DNA from: Caldilineales bacterium
GTDB lineage: Bacteria; Chloroflexota; Anaerolineae; JAAEKA01
Assembly (NCBI GenBank): GCA_025055015.1
Contig: JANWYQ010000055.1
Coordinates: forward strand, 41,371-105,370
Direction of reading: 5' to 3'
DNA length: 64,000 nt
Below the pieces are notes generated by a model, which did not search any database, had not been told where the DNA came from, and saw only the letters and a list, made by a program, of their open reading frames with translations. This document shows, piece by piece, positions 31,737-42,801 of the stretch (the stretch's first letter is position 1; each line of letters opens with the position of its first letter). The position numbers and the translations under genes are program-made.

Positions 31737-33119
31737 TCACGCGGTTCTTCGGCGAGGGATCATGCGCATGCCGTATTTTGGCGTCAAGGTGATCAACGGA
31801 TGTGGCTCTACCCGGTGGCCGGGAGCCAGGTCGAGCGCCAGCCGCTGGACCACGGTGGCCAGGATCAGTAGCCCCTCGGTCATGGCGAACTGGTCGCCGA
31901 TGCACTTGCGGGGACCAGCGCTGAAGGGGATGAAGGCAAAGCGATGCCGACCCTCGCTGTGGGCTTCGTCGAAACGGTCGGGCCAGAAGCGCTCCGGCTC
32001 CTCCCAGTAGCGGGGGTTGTGGTGCAGCACGTAGATGTTGATGTGGACGATGGTGCCGCCGGGGATGGCGTAGCCACCCAACATGTCCGCCTCGATGGAG
32101 CGGCGGGCGATGCTCCAGGCCGGCGGGTAGAGGCGCAGCGCCTCCTGGAAGACGTAGCGCGCAAAGGTCAAGCGGGGCAGGTCGTCGAAGGTCGGGGGCC
32201 GGCCCGCCAGCACTTGGTCTACCTCGGCGTAGAGCCGCTCCGCCTCCTCGGGGTGCTGCGAGAGCAAATAGAAGGTCCAGGTCAGCGCGTTGGCGGTGGT
32301 CTCGTGGCCGGCCAACAGGATGGTCATCACCTCGTCCCGCAGCTGTTGGTCGGTCATGCCTTCGCCGGTCTCCTCGTCCACCGCCTCCATCAGCAAGGAG
32401 AGGAGATCGTCCGGCGCAGCCGCCGCGCCCTGCCGCCGCCGCGTCGCGATGATCTCCTGCACCACCGCGTCCATGCTGCGCACTGCCTGTTTAAACTGGC
32501 GGTTGCTGCGGGTGGGAAGCTGCGGCAGGAGCAGGGAGAGGAAGTTCTTGAACCCAAAGTGGGCGTTAGCCTGGCGGAAGGCGCGGCCGAACTCGTTGGC
32601 CTCGTCCCCCAGGTCGAAGCTGAGCAGCGCGCGGCCGACGATGGTTAAGGTCAGCCGCGCCATCTCCTGGTCCAGCGCAATGGCCTCGCCCCGCTGGATG
32701 GCCGGCTCCCACGTCTCCAGGGCGGCAAGGGTGGCCTCCACCATCATGTCGGCCAGGGCGGCGATGCGTTGGCGGTGGAACGCGGGCTGCATCAGCCGCC
32801 GCTGGCGCAGCCAGAAGTCGCCGTCGCTGGTCAGCAGGCCGTTGCCCACCAGCGGCCGCAGGAGCTGGTAGTCCATGGTCTGCTTGCTGTAGTTGCGGCT
32901 GTTGGTCTGGAGGACGTGCTGGATGTCCTGCGGGCTGTGCAGGACGATCCCCTCCTCCCCCATGACCTTCATGCGCGCCACATCGCCGAACTCCTGGGCC
33001 ACCCGCAGGCCAAAGCCCAACGGATCGCGCTGCATGTCGAACAGGCTGCCGATGTAGGGCAGGCCCGGCACCGCCGGCACGCGGCGTAGGTCGGCAAGAG
33101 AAACGCTGGAGACGCCCAT
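31737..33119 (-). CDS. cytochrome P450
   Basis: Heme-binding loop FIPFSAGPRKCIGDQFA. I-helix LLAGHETTA. ExxR. Confidence 0.9.
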   Translation of the reverse strand: MGVSSVSLADLRRVPAVPGLPYIGSLFDMQRDPLGFGLRVAQEFGDVARMKVMGEEGIVLHSPQDIQHVLQTNSRNYSKQTMDYQLLRPLVGNGLLTSDGDFWLRQRRLMQPAFHRQRIAALADMMVEATLAALETWEPAIQRGEAIALDQEMARLTLTIVGRALLSFDLGDEANEFGRAFRQANAHFGFKNFLSLLLPQLPTRSNRQFKQAVRSMDAVVQEIIATRRRQGAAAAPDDLLSLLMEAVDEETGEGMTDQQLRDEVMTILLAGHETTANALTWTFYLLSQHPEEAERLYAEVDQVLAGRPPTFDDLPRLTFARYVFQEALRLYPPAWSIARRSIEADMLGGYAIPGGTIVHINIYVLHHNPRYWEEPERFWPDRFDEAHSEGRHRFAFIPFSAGPRKCIGDQFAMTEGLLILATVVQRLALDLAPGHRVEPHPLITLTPKYGMRMIPRRRTA

Positions 33120-33212
33120 TGCTACTCACTCCTTTTCAAGATCACCCATCGCTGTCGCACGATGCCCTGGTGTTCACCAACTCAAGCCTCTGCGCCGGTC
33201 AAGGTTTCTCCC

Positions 33213-34298
33213 TCACAAGTCGCTCAAGTCATCCAGCCGCGGCGGGCGGTCGCAGGTGCTGCCGAGGACGACGTGCTGGCCGCAACGCGCCGACTCCAGG
33301 ATGGCGTGCATGGCGTCCAACACGTGGTAGGCCATCTGGCCGTTAGCGCGGTGGGGCCGGCCGCCGCGAATGGCTGCCGCCATTTCGGCCACGCCGATGC
33401 CGCGGCTTTGATCTCGCCGGCCCGCCACCAGCGGCGCCTCCTCCCAGGCCTGGGTGGACGTCCGCCAGAGCTGCACGGGTCCGTCGAAGAAGTTGGGGTC
33501 TGGACAGAGCAGGGTGCCCTCGCTGCCGTAGACCTCGATGCGGGGCAGGGTGCTGGCCCAAACGTCGAAGCTGGTGATGAGGGTGGCGATGGGCCCGGCC
33601 GCGAACTCCAACAGGCCGGCCACGTGGGTGGGGGTCTGCACGACGATGCGCTGCCCGCGCTTGGGCTGGCTGCCGATGACGCGCTCCGGGAAGGAGATGC
33701 GCGCGGCGCCGGCTACCCGGCGGATTGGCCCCAGCAGGTGGATCAGCGCAGTCAGGTAGTAGGGCGCCATGTCAAACAGCGGACCGCCGCCGTGCTGGTA
33801 GAAGAACTCCGGGTCGGGGTGCCATCCCTCCGGCCCGTGGCCCATCATGAAGGCCGTGGCGCCCACCGGCTGGCCGATGGCGCCGTCGTCCAGGAGCTGG
33901 CGACAGGTTTGCAGGCCGGCGCCCAGAAAGGTGTCGGGCGCGGCGCCCACCCGCAGTCCGCGCTCGGCGGCCAGCGCCAGCAGCGCTGCGCCGTCCGCGC
34001 GCTCGATGGCCAGGGGTTTCTCGTTGTACACCGACTTGCCGGCCAGCAGGGCGGCGCGCGCCACCTCCGCGTGGGCGCTGGGCACCGTCAGGTTCAGCAC
34101 GATCTCCACCGCAGGGTCGGCCAGCAGCGCGTCCACGGTCAAGGCGCGCACGCCGAACTTGCGCGCCTGAGCCTCGGCGCGCGCCATGTCAATGTCCGCG
34201 CAGGCCACCACCCGCACCCCGCGGAACTGGCCCAGCACCTCCATGTAGGTGCCGCTGATGTTGCCGCAGCCCACAACGCCAATCCCGGTCGGCTTCAT
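33213..34298 (-). CDS. Gfo/Idh/MocA family oxidoreductase
   Basis: N-terminal Rossmann motif [16 protein letters not shown]. Confidence 0.8.
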   Translation of the reverse strand: MKPTGIGVVGCGNISGTYMEVLGQFRGVRVVACADIDMARAEAQARKFGVRALTVDALLADPAVEIVLNLTVPSAHAEVARAALLAGKSVYNEKPLAIERADGAALLALAAERGLRVGAAPDTFLGAGLQTCRQLLDDGAIGQPVGATAFMMGHGPEGWHPDPEFFYQHGGGPLFDMAPYYLTALIHLLGPIRRVAGAARISFPERVIGSQPKRGQRIVVQTPTHVAGLLEFAAGPIATLITSFDVWASTLPRIEVYGSEGTLLCPDPNFFDGPVQLWRTSTQAWEEAPLVAGRRDQSRGIGVAEMAAAIRGGRPHRANGQMAYHVLDAMHAILESARCGQHVVLGSTCDRPPRLDDLSDL

Positions 34299-34302
34299 GG
34301 CC

Positions 34303-35049
34303 TCACCTCCCCACCAGTCCGCTCAGGTAGCGGTAGCTGCGCTCGACGGCCGTCATCATGTCGGTGGCGCAGCGATCCAGCTCCACAATCAGCCACGCCG
34401 GATGCCCGTCGGCGGCCGCCAGCACGGCCGGAAAATCCATCACGCCGTCGCCCACGGCCACCATGGGGTCGTCCGGGGTGCCGGGGCCGTCCTTGATGTG
34501 CAGCAGCGCTGCGCGTGGGCCCAGGTCCCGCAGCAGCGCCGCCGGGTCAACGCCGCCGACGCGCGCCCAGTAGGTGTCCACCTCCAACATCACCGCCGGG
34601 TCCAGGCGCTCTAGCAGGTGGTAGAGGGCCGGCCGCCCGGCCACCGGCTGCAGCTCGAAGGCGTGGTTGTGGTAGAAGAGCTGGACGCCGTAGGCCGCGG
34701 CCAGCCGTGCGGCCTCGTTTAAGGCCTCCGCGGCGCGCGCGATGCCGTCCAGCGACTGGAAGAGCTCCGGCGGCTGCCAAGGGACCACGGCGCGGGCGCA
34801 GCCCAGCAGCGCCAAGGTGTCGAACACCTCGGCTTGGTTCTCGCGGGTGGGCATCGGCACGTGCGCGCTGCAGACGGTCAGGCCCAGGGCGCGAAACAGG
34901 CGCGCTGCGGCTTCGGGCGTCGAACCGGGGAAGCCGGCCGTCTCCACCCCCTGGTAGCCCATGGCGGCGATCCGACGAACGACACCAGTGAAATCGGCGG
35001 GCAGGATGTCCCGCACGGAGTACAGCTGCACAGCGATTGGTAGGGGCAT
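34303..35049 (-). CDS. sugar phosphate isomerase/epimerase (xylose-isomerase-like TIM barrel)
   Basis: [13 protein letters not shown]-terminus typical of this family. Adjacent to a Gfo/Idh/MocA gene. Confidence 0.7.
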   Translation of the reverse strand: MPLPIAVQLYSVRDILPADFTGVVRRIAAMGYQGVETAGFPGSTPEAAARLFRALGLTVCSAHVPMPTRENQAEVFDTLALLGCARAVVPWQPPELFQSLDGIARAAEALNEAARLAAAYGVQLFYHNHAFELQPVAGRPALYHLLERLDPAVMLEVDTYWARVGGVDPAALLRDLGPRAALLHIKDGPGTPDDPMVAVGDGVMDFPAVLAAADGHPAWLIVELDRCATDMMTAVERSYRYLSGLVGR

Positions 35050-35374
35050 AGGGCACACGTCCTCTCGTGAAAAGATACGCCCGAATTGTAAACGGGTCTT
35101 GTGCCCTTTGCAACTATTGCAGTGCGCTCCCGTTGGCGGGCAGGATATCCCGCTCACCTTTCTGAGCAGCACGGACCGGCAACGAGGCCGACGTCTTGGC
35201 GTGTTCTGGAGCGCTCCCCCATCTGGTGACCATGCTCACCGATCCTGCGTTAGACTTGCGCTAGAGTTGTCGCAGAAAGATTGACAACACCTGGACAGGT
35301 TTGCTATACTGAGGTTGGCGACACAGCGCAGAGAACGACGTGCTGGTTGATGAAGCGAAAGAGGAGGTCGGACT

Positions 35375-36529
35375 ATGAAGGCGAATGTGCGACTCGGACG
35401 CATCTGGAACATACCGATCGGGCTCAACTACAGCTGGTTCTTGATCTTTGGCCTGGCTACCTGGTCCCTGGCGCTGGGGATTTTCCCGGCGGCTGCACCG
35501 GCGCTGAGCCCCGCAGCCTATTGGCTGATGGGCGCGCTGACCAGCGTGCTCTTCTTCGGTTCAGTGCTGGCCCACGAGCTAGGGCATGCGTTGATGGCTC
35601 TGCGCCACCGCGTGCCGGTGCGGGCCATCACCTTGTTCTTCTTCGGGGGCGTGGCCGAGATCGCGCGCGAGCCACGGTCGGCGGGCGCCGAGTTCCGCAT
35701 CGCCATCGCCGGCCCGCTGGTGAGCGTGATGCTGGCTGCGCTCTTCGGCGCCCTGGCCCTGCTGGCAGGCCCCAACCCCTACATCGCTGAGCCCGCAGCC
35801 TGGCTGGCGCGCATCAACCTGGTGCTGGCAGCCTTCAACATGCTACCCGGTTTCCCCCTGGACGGCGGTCGCGTCTTCCGGGCAGTGGTGTGGCAGCTGA
35901 CCGGCAGCGAGCTGCGAGCCACCCAGGTGTCCACGGCCGTGGGCCAGCTGGTGGCCGCCGGCTTCGTCGGCATCGGCGTCCTCAGCGCGCTGACGGGCAA
36001 CGTGTTCAACGGCCTGTGGCTGATCTTCCTGGGCCTGTTCCTGAACGGCGCCGCCGCTGCCAGCCGTCAGCAGGCGGAGATGCGCCAGGCGCTGAACGGG
36101 CTAACGGTGGGCCAGCTCATGAACCGCACGGTGCTGCGGGTGCCCAGCTGGGTGACCGCCGGCGACCTGCTGACGCCGGCCACCATCAGCCAGGGCCACC
36201 GCAGCTTCCTGGTGGAGGACTTCGGCCAGGTGCGCGGGCTGCTGAGCCTGGCCGACGCCCACCGCTGGCCGCGGTTGGGCTGGCGTCGCATGAAGGTGGG
36301 GGAGCTCATGACGCCCCACGCCGACCTAGCGGTGGTCACCCCCGACACCGACATCTTGGCGGCGCTGCAGACGCTGGAGGAGCGCGGCCTGCCCCTGCTG
36401 TTGGTGGTGGACCCCTACACCGGCCAGGTGATCGGCACCCTCTCCAGCGAGCAGATCCTCAACTACCTGCGCTGGCAATCTTTCTTGCCCGGTCGTCCCG
36501 GTCGCGCTAGCTCGCAGCCGGTGGCGTGA
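35375..36529 (+). CDS. site-2 protease family (M50) metalloprotease with C-terminal CBS pair
   Basis: HELGHALM HExxH motif in a TM helix. LDG motif. Two CBS domains at the C-terminus. GAGGAGG RBS. Confidence 0.85.
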   Translation: MKANVRLGRIWNIPIGLNYSWFLIFGLATWSLALGIFPAAAPALSPAAYWLMGALTSVLFFGSVLAHELGHALMALRHRVPVRAITLFFFGGVAEIAREPRSAGAEFRIAIAGPLVSVMLAALFGALALLAGPNPYIAEPAAWLARINLVLAAFNMLPGFPLDGGRVFRAVVWQLTGSELRATQVSTAVGQLVAAGFVGIGVLSALTGNVFNGLWLIFLGLFLNGAAAASRQQAEMRQALNGLTVGQLMNRTVLRVPSWVTAGDLLTPATISQGHRSFLVEDFGQVRGLLSLADAHRWPRLGWRRMKVGELMTPHADLAVVTPDTDILAALQTLEERGLPLLLVVDPYTGQVIGTLSSEQILNYLRWQSFLPGRPGRASSQPVA

Positions 36530-36673
36530 CCCGAAGCTGCGCCAGACGACCCGTTTCAGGCCCGGCGCTCGCTCAAGAGCGTCGGGCCTTTGTGTTGGGG
36601 GGCACACAGTTTTGCTCTGACGCCCTTTTCATGGCATCATGCGCGGGCACAGCTTACGGTCGAAAGGTCGTCC

Positions 36674-38347
36674 ATGTCCGTTGTCCATCGCGTGGTGCGC
36701 CGCCCTGACACCACCCTGGTGACCTTCGGCGGCGCTCCCGAGCACACCTACAAGCTGAGCCAGCGCCAGGTCACCCAGGTGGAGCAGCAGGCCGGCCGCG
36801 CCTTGGAGTTCCTGTCGGAGCGGGAGCTGGCGGCCACCATGCAGTACCTGGGCATTCGCTCCCTGCCCCTGAGCTCCGCCGACCAGGCCACCTTGGCGGC
36901 CATCCGCCAGCAGGCGACGCCGGTGGCCCCTCCCCTCGTCCAGCCGTCGGCTGCGGTGCCCCCGGTTCCGCCGGCCGCCGAGCCGCCGGAGTACCCCTAC
37001 GTCGAGGAGCCTGCCGGTGCGCGCTGGCCTCTGATCTTCGGCCTGCTGGCCTTGGGCATCGTGCTGCTGGGCGCCGTGCTGGCGTTCATCTTCCTGAGCC
37101 GCACCGGCGGGCTGGCGCGCGCCACGCCGACGCCCCTGCCTGGCGAGCCGCGCGCGATCGCCCAGCGCACGACCACGGCCTTCGCCGGCCCTAGCGACGT
37201 GTACCCGGCCGTAGGCGAGCTGCGCGCGGGCGAGGAGGCAGCCATCCTGGGTGTGTCGGCCGATCGCAGCTGGTGGCTGGTCCAGCTCCCGGCTGCGGCA
37301 GGTGGCCAAGGGTGGGTGTCTGCTGCGGCAGTGCGCGCGGAGAACGCAGACAACGTGCCCATCGTGCCGCCGCCGCCCCTGCCCACCGCCACGCCGACGC
37401 TCACCCCCACCGCCACGCCCACCCCGCAGCCCACCCTGGCGCCGCCGGTGGCGGCTGTTGACGGCCCCAGCCAGGCGCCCGCCGGCCAGCCGTTGCTCTT
37501 CAGCGGCCGCCGCTCGGCTGCTGCGCCGGGGGCCATCATCGTGCGCTACGACTGGGACTTCGGCGACGGCAGCGTCGCCAGCGGCCCCGAGGTCACCAAG
37601 GTCTACGATCGGCCGGGCGTGTATACCGTGCGTCTCACGGTCCTCGACGACCGCGGGCAGCAAGGACAGGCCGCCCTTCAAGTGGTGGTGCAACCGCCTA
37701 CCCCTGTGCCGCCGCCCACGGCCATCATCAGCGGCCCGGCCCAGGTGACCGCCGGCGAGCGGGTCGTCTTCGACGGCGGCGCGTCTACCGGGGTCAACCC
37801 CATCGTCGGCTACTTCTGGGAGTTCGGCGACGGCCAGGTGGCCAGCGGCATGCGGGTAGAGCACGTCTTTGACCTGCCCGGCACCTACACCGTCGTGTTG
37901 ACGGTGCAGGACTCGGCGGGCGCTACGGGGGTGGCCGGCCTGGTGGTGCGGGTGAGCCCGCCTCCCACCCCCACGCCCACTGCGACGCCTCTGCCTACGC
38001 CCACGCCGACCCCATCGCCGGCTGGCCTGGAGAACGTGAGCTGGGTGCTGCTCGACACCCTGCCCGGCAGCACCATCACGGCGCTCTTCCGAGGCGGCCA
38101 AGTGAGCGGCTTCGCCGGCTGCAACAACTACATCGGCAGCTACCAGGTGGACGGCGACCGGCTAAGCATCTCCGGCCTGGTGGCGGGCCAGCAAAGCTGC
38201 GCCGCCGAGCTCCTGGAGCAGGAGCAACGCTACTTGCTGCAGCTCGGCAGCGCCCAGCGCTACGAGCTCCAGAACGGCCAGCTGGTGATCTTCATCGCCG
38301 GGCCGATCCAGCCTAACACCCTGACCTACGTCCCGGCTCCCCGCTGA
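36674..38347 (+). CDS. membrane-anchored surface protein with SH3b, two PKD domains and a C-terminal META/HslJ-like (DUF306) domain
   Basis: TM segment PLIFGLLALGIVLLGAV. SH3b-like segment with WWLVQ. Two WDFGDG PKD motifs. C-terminal FAGCNNYIGSYQVDGDRL typical of the META domain. Confidence 0.7.
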   Translation: MSVVHRVVRRPDTTLVTFGGAPEHTYKLSQRQVTQVEQQAGRALEFLSERELAATMQYLGIRSLPLSSADQATLAAIRQQATPVAPPLVQPSAAVPPVPPAAEPPEYPYVEEPAGARWPLIFGLLALGIVLLGAVLAFIFLSRTGGLARATPTPLPGEPRAIAQRTTTAFAGPSDVYPAVGELRAGEEAAILGVSADRSWWLVQLPAAAGGQGWVSAAAVRAENADNVPIVPPPPLPTATPTLTPTATPTPQPTLAPPVAAVDGPSQAPAGQPLLFSGRRSAAAPGAIIVRYDWDFGDGSVASGPEVTKVYDRPGVYTVRLTVLDDRGQQGQAALQVVVQPPTPVPPPTAIISGPAQVTAGERVVFDGGASTGVNPIVGYFWEFGDGQVASGMRVEHVFDLPGTYTVVLTVQDSAGATGVAGLVVRVSPPPTPTPTATPLPTPTPTPSPAGLENVSWVLLDTLPGSTITALFRGGQVSGFAGCNNYIGSYQVDGDRLSISGLVAGQQSCAAELLEQEQRYLLQLGSAQRYELQNGQLVIFIAGPIQPNTLTYVPAPR

Positions 38348-38370
38348 CTGCGCCTCTGAGGTGGCCCAAC

Positions 38371-38835
38371 ATGCGCCGATGGATCCTTGCATTGCTGATG
38401 GTGGGCCTGGCTGCTGGCCTGTTACCCCAGCCGGCAGCGGCTCAGGCTGCCACCGTGCCCCACTTGGTGCAACCCAACGAGACCCTGTCGAGCATTGCCC
38501 GCCGCTACTGTACCACATGGCAGGAGGTCTACAGCCTCAACCGCCACATCATCGGTCCCAGCCCTGATTACCTGCGCTTCGGCATCGTGATCCAGGTGCC
38601 CAACCGGTGTGGCGGCAGCCCCCCTTCCGGCGGTGTGTACGACCGCGGTCCGCGGCCCCATGCCCAGGGAACGCGGGTGGGCAACGTCTATACTGTGGCG
38701 CCGGGCGACACGCTGTTCTCCATCGGCCAGCGGTTCGGCGTAGCGGTGGCGACCCTGGCCGCGGCCAACGGCATCCCCAATCCTTGGCGCATCGTAGCCG
38801 GCCAACGGCTGACTATCCCCGGCCTGTCCGGTTGA
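38371..38835 (+). CDS. secreted protein with two LysM domains
   Basis: Signal peptide. LysM motifs YTVAPGDTLFSI and HLVQPNETLSSIA. Confidence 0.8.
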   Translation: MRRWILALLMVGLAAGLLPQPAAAQAATVPHLVQPNETLSSIARRYCTTWQEVYSLNRHIIGPSPDYLRFGIVIQVPNRCGGSPPSGGVYDRGPRPHAQGTRVGNVYTVAPGDTLFSIGQRFGVAVATLAAANGIPNPWRIVAGQRLTIPGLSG

Positions 38836-38851
38836 CCTGTGGGAGACACCG

Positions 38852-40156
38852 ATGATCTATACGCTGTTGCATCGCGCCCCCTTGCTGGAGACAGTGGAGG
38901 CCCTGCGCAGCGGGCGCCTCGGCCTGCACGCCTACGTTGACCAGGTGTGCGACCGCATTGACCAGGTGGAGCCGACGTTGCAGACCTTGCTGCCAGAGCC
39001 CGACCGCCGCCGCCGGCTGCACGCCGAGGCGGATCGCCTGTCCGCCGCCTACCCTAACCCGGCCCGTCGGCCGCCGCTGTTCGGGGCCCTAGTGGGGGTC
39101 AAGGACGTCATCCACGTGGATGGCTTCGTCACCCGCGCCGGCACGGCTGTGCCGCCCGAGGCCTTCGCCGGCCCCGAGGCGACGTGCATTCGCCAGCTGC
39201 GCTCAGCCGGCGCGCTGGTGCTGGGCAAGACCGTCACCACCGAGTTCGCCTACTTCGAGCCGGGGCCGACGCGCAACCCGCATAACCCGGCCCACACGCC
39301 GGGCGGCTCCAGCAGCGGCTCGGCCGCGGCGGTGGCCGCCGGCTTAGCCACCCTGGCCCTAGGCACGCAGACCATGGGCTCGGTGATCCGGCCGGCGGCC
39401 TTCTGCGGCGTGGTCGGCTTCAAGCCCAGCCTGGGGCGGATCGAGACCCAGGGGCTGGTCTACTTCTCCCGCGCCATGGACCACGTGGGGCTGTTCACCC
39501 AAGACGTGGCCGGGATGGCGCTGGCTGCTGGGGTTCTCTGTCGGGGGTGGCGCGGCCTGCCGGCCCAGAGGCGGCTACCGGCAGTCGGCGTGCCCGTGGG
39601 GCCCTACCTGGAGCAGGCCGAGCCGGCGGCGCTGGCCGCGTTCTGGGCGCAGGTTGAGCGGCTGGCCGCCGGCGGCGTGACCGTGCGCGAGGTGCCGGCG
39701 CTGGCGGACATCGCGCAGATCGCCCGGCGGCATCGCACCCTGGTGTTTGCCGAGTTCGCCCAGGAACACGGCGCTCTCTACGACCGCTACCGCTCGCTGT
39801 ACCGGCCGCGCACCGCGGAGATCGTGGAGCTGGGCCGCCGCGTCACCCCTATGGAGCTGGCCGAGGCGCGAGCGAGCGCCAGCAAGCTGCGCCACGAGAT
39901 AGAGCTACTGATGAGCCGCACGGGCGTTGATCTGTGGGCAACGCCGGCCGCGCGCGGGCCGGCGCCTCTTGGCTTGGAGAGCACCGGCGACCCGGCCATG
40001 AACCTGCCCTGGACCCATGCCGGCTTGCCGGCTATCACCTTGCCCGCCGGCCGCGCCGAGAACGGCCTGCCGCTGGGGCTGCAGCTGGTAGCGCGCTTCG
40101 GGGAGGACGAGGCGCTGTTGGGATGGGCCCAGGAGCTAGCGGGGCTGCTAGCCTGA
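38852..40156 (+). CDS. amidase-signature family amidase
   Basis: GGSSSGSAAAVAAG amidase signature and the catalytic Ser-cisSer-Lys context. Confidence 0.85.
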   Translation: MIYTLLHRAPLLETVEALRSGRLGLHAYVDQVCDRIDQVEPTLQTLLPEPDRRRRLHAEADRLSAAYPNPARRPPLFGALVGVKDVIHVDGFVTRAGTAVPPEAFAGPEATCIRQLRSAGALVLGKTVTTEFAYFEPGPTRNPHNPAHTPGGSSSGSAAAVAAGLATLALGTQTMGSVIRPAAFCGVVGFKPSLGRIETQGLVYFSRAMDHVGLFTQDVAGMALAAGVLCRGWRGLPAQRRLPAVGVPVGPYLEQAEPAALAAFWAQVERLAAGGVTVREVPALADIAQIARRHRTLVFAEFAQEHGALYDRYRSLYRPRTAEIVELGRRVTPMELAEARASASKLRHEIELLMSRTGVDLWATPAARGPAPLGLESTGDPAMNLPWTHAGLPAITLPAGRAENGLPLGLQLVARFGEDEALLGWAQELAGLLA

Positions 40157-40369
40157 GCGCGCACGAGGTGCGGCTGTCACGGGGCTTGGGTTGATCGAGG
40201 GGCCCGTAAGGCTCGGTTGCGAGCTGCGACAGGCCCAGCCGCCGGGGCCTCGATAGGCTTTGCCTGCGTCAGAGTTGACAAATGAAGGCCCCTTGCAGTA
40301 AAAAAAGCGCGTCAATCGCGCGTTCTCGTGCTTGTCGTTTTCACCCAGATAGGCAACCGGAGGAGACCC

Positions 40370-41539
40370 ATGGCACTCAGCTCGGCAACCATCGCTGACC
40401 GCCCCGTTGCGGGCACCACCTGGCTCTACAGTCGGCAGTTTGACCTGCGCTACATCTCTCTGAGCGTCATCTTGGTGGCAGCGCCCTACACCGTCTATCT
40501 GCTGCTGCGCAGCGCCGGCCTCTTCCTCCAGCCCATCGCGGCAGGCTTAGGCACCACGGTGGATGACCTCAGCCGTAACTTCGTGAACGCCACGGTCGCC
40601 CTGTTGGTAGGCGGGCCCCACATGTACGCCACCTGGACCCGCACCGGCCTGGACCACGACTTCGCCGCCAAGCACCGCGCCTTCCTGCTCTCAAGCCTGA
40701 TCATCCCCGCGATCGTGGTTACGCTGGCCCTCTCCAACCTCACCCTGCTGCTCACCATCTTCTTTTTCTGGGCCTCCATCCACGTCCTTCACCAGATCAT
40801 CTACATCACCTCTCTCTACAACGAGCGGCAAAGGGCGGCGGCGGCCGTCAACCTCTCCCTCTTCTCGCGGCTGTCTGACTACGCAGTGATCCTGACGGCG
40901 CTCTACCCCCTCGCCGCGTGGAAGATCGCCAACAACCGGTTCACCATTGGCCACAACAACCTGAGCGACATGGTGGCGCAGATCCTGGGCCTCGTGGGGC
41001 TGCGGCCGGGGCCGTGGATGTGGATGCTGGCCGGCAGCGCGTTCGCCATCGCGCTCACCGTGTGGATCGCCAAGACCATCGCCGAGTACCGCGCCGGCGT
41101 GCTGCACAAGCCCAAGACCCTGTTCATTGCCGTGACGGTGGTGGCCTCGTTCTTTGTCCCCGCCTTGGGCAACCTGGACACTGCGTTCCAGGGCATGAAC
41201 GTGTGGCACTCCTTCCAGTACTTGGCCCTGACGTGGATGCTGGTGCACCTGCGCGCGCAGCGGGGCGAGCTGAAGAACTCCCCCTTCCTGCAGCGCCTGG
41301 CCACGGAGACCAAGGACGCCAAGCGCTATTACCTCTTCAACGTCGGCCTGACGGTGGCCACCGTGGTCCTGGCGCTGCTGATCTTCCTGGTGCTGTGGAA
41401 GGGCGCCGGCTACGCCTTCGACGCCGCCTTCGACCGCGGCTACTACATCGCCGTGCTCAGCTTCCTGTGGATGCACTACTACCAGGACCACTACCTCTTT
41501 GCGCACCCGGAGGTGATTACCAAAGGCGGCGTGGTGTGA
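40370..41539 (+). CDS. polytopic membrane protein of unknown function
   Basis: More than 8 hydrophobic helices. GGAGGA RBS. Confidence 0.5.
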   Translation: MALSSATIADRPVAGTTWLYSRQFDLRYISLSVILVAAPYTVYLLLRSAGLFLQPIAAGLGTTVDDLSRNFVNATVALLVGGPHMYATWTRTGLDHDFAAKHRAFLLSSLIIPAIVVTLALSNLTLLLTIFFFWASIHVLHQIIYITSLYNERQRAAAAVNLSLFSRLSDYAVILTALYPLAAWKIANNRFTIGHNNLSDMVAQILGLVGLRPGPWMWMLAGSAFAIALTVWIAKTIAEYRAGVLHKPKTLFIAVTVVASFFVPALGNLDTAFQGMNVWHSFQYLALTWMLVHLRAQRGELKNSPFLQRLATETKDAKRYYLFNVGLTVATVVLALLIFLVLWKGAGYAFDAAFDRGYYIAVLSFLWMHYYQDHYLFAHPEVITKGGVV

Positions 41540-41681
41540 GATGGCTTTAGCCGCTGCGCCTGCCGAGATCTCGAAGAGCCTCGCCGCCGGGGCCCAGGCC
41601 ACCAGGGCATCGTCGTCCGGTGCGCCTACTGGGGCCTCGGCGGCGTTGTTCTGCGCACCGCTCGCCGCGGCGAATACTTCC

Positions 41682-42548
41682 CTACAACAGCTCACGCAGC
41701 GCCACCCAGTCACCCGTCTCCCCCTCGACGCCCACCCCGCGCACGGCCACCCCACCTGCGTCCAGGGCATCGAGCGCCTCGACCGTGTCCGCCCAGCGCC
41801 AGCCGAAGAGCGCGGCCACGGCTCGCTCCGGCGACGCGCCCACCGAGCGCAGGTAGAGCTCGGCCAGCCGACGCCGCGCGTCGGCCTGGCGGATGGGCCG
41901 GGCCAGCTCCGGCAGGTCGGGGTAGAAGCGATGCACCAGGTCGTAGACGAAGGCGTAGCGCCACGCGCCGGCCTCCGCCACCCCTACCGGCAGGATCTTG
42001 AAGTCGGCCTGCAACAGCTCCAGCGCACGCGCAAAGCGGGCGTCGCTCTCCCGGCTGCCCAGGTGGGCCAGCCGGCGCAGGCTGACCGTGTCCAGCGGCC
42101 CCTCGGTCAGCAGCGTCTCGTACACGGCCTTGGCCTCGAAGGGCAGGCGGCCCTCTCGGTATTGCACCAGGTAATCCCGCTCTGGCTCGCCGTAGTTCTC
42201 CGACAGGGCGTAGAAGTAGGGGACCACGTCTAGCGCAATGAAGGTGGCCTTGCGGCGCAGCACCTTGGCGTAGTACCAGCGCCGCGCGCCCAGCAGCTCG
42301 TCCTTCCAGCCCCAGGTGATGTGGCCAGGGTCGTCGTGCTCGCTGGGCACCGGCCGGTCGCCGGCCACCGCCACCCACAGGCTGGGCAGGACCACGTCCT
42401 TGACCGGCCAGAAGTGCACGAAGCCCCGGCGGTTGACGAAAGCGATGGCCTGCTCGCGGGTCGCAACGCGGAGGTCGGGGCGCAGGCAGAAGGCCTCGGC
42501 GCGGTAGGCGGATAGGCGGGCGCGGGAGAGGGAGGGGGTGGTAGCCAT
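41682..42548 (-). CDS. conserved hypothetical protein
   Basis: ORF with a plausible ATG. No confident family assignment; possibly a winged-helix type protein. Confidence 0.4.
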   Translation of the reverse strand: MATTPSLSRARLSAYRAEAFCLRPDLRVATREQAIAFVNRRGFVHFWPVKDVVLPSLWVAVAGDRPVPSEHDDPGHITWGWKDELLGARRWYYAKVLRRKATFIALDVVPYFYALSENYGEPERDYLVQYREGRLPFEAKAVYETLLTEGPLDTVSLRRLAHLGSRESDARFARALELLQADFKILPVGVAEAGAWRYAFVYDLVHRFYPDLPELARPIRQADARRRLAELYLRSVGASPERAVAALFGWRWADTVEALDALDAGGVAVRGVGVEGETGDWVALRELL

Positions 42549-42801
42549 GGGGAAAGCAATCGGCAACGGGTGATGGGATAGCTCGTCACCTCGATTGTAG
42601 GTTGGAGGCGCTTGGGTGGCAAACGCGCAAGGGGGACAGCGGCTGTCCAGGGGCCGGTGTTGGGCGCCTCCCCTCGGGCGACCGGTCCAGCGCGGCTCAG
42701 AGCTCAACTCCCATTGGCAACCCGTTACGCGATTTGCGGCCGTTGTGTTACAATAGCAGCAGCCGCCACGCTGAGGATCAGCAGGTCTGCGAGGTGAACG
42801 C

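Noticed and set aside
41682-42548. Possible AlkZ/YcaQ-like winged-helix DNA glycosylase assignment for the 288-aa protein.
   Set aside because: Could not match the family's characteristic motifs from memory. Left as hypothetical.
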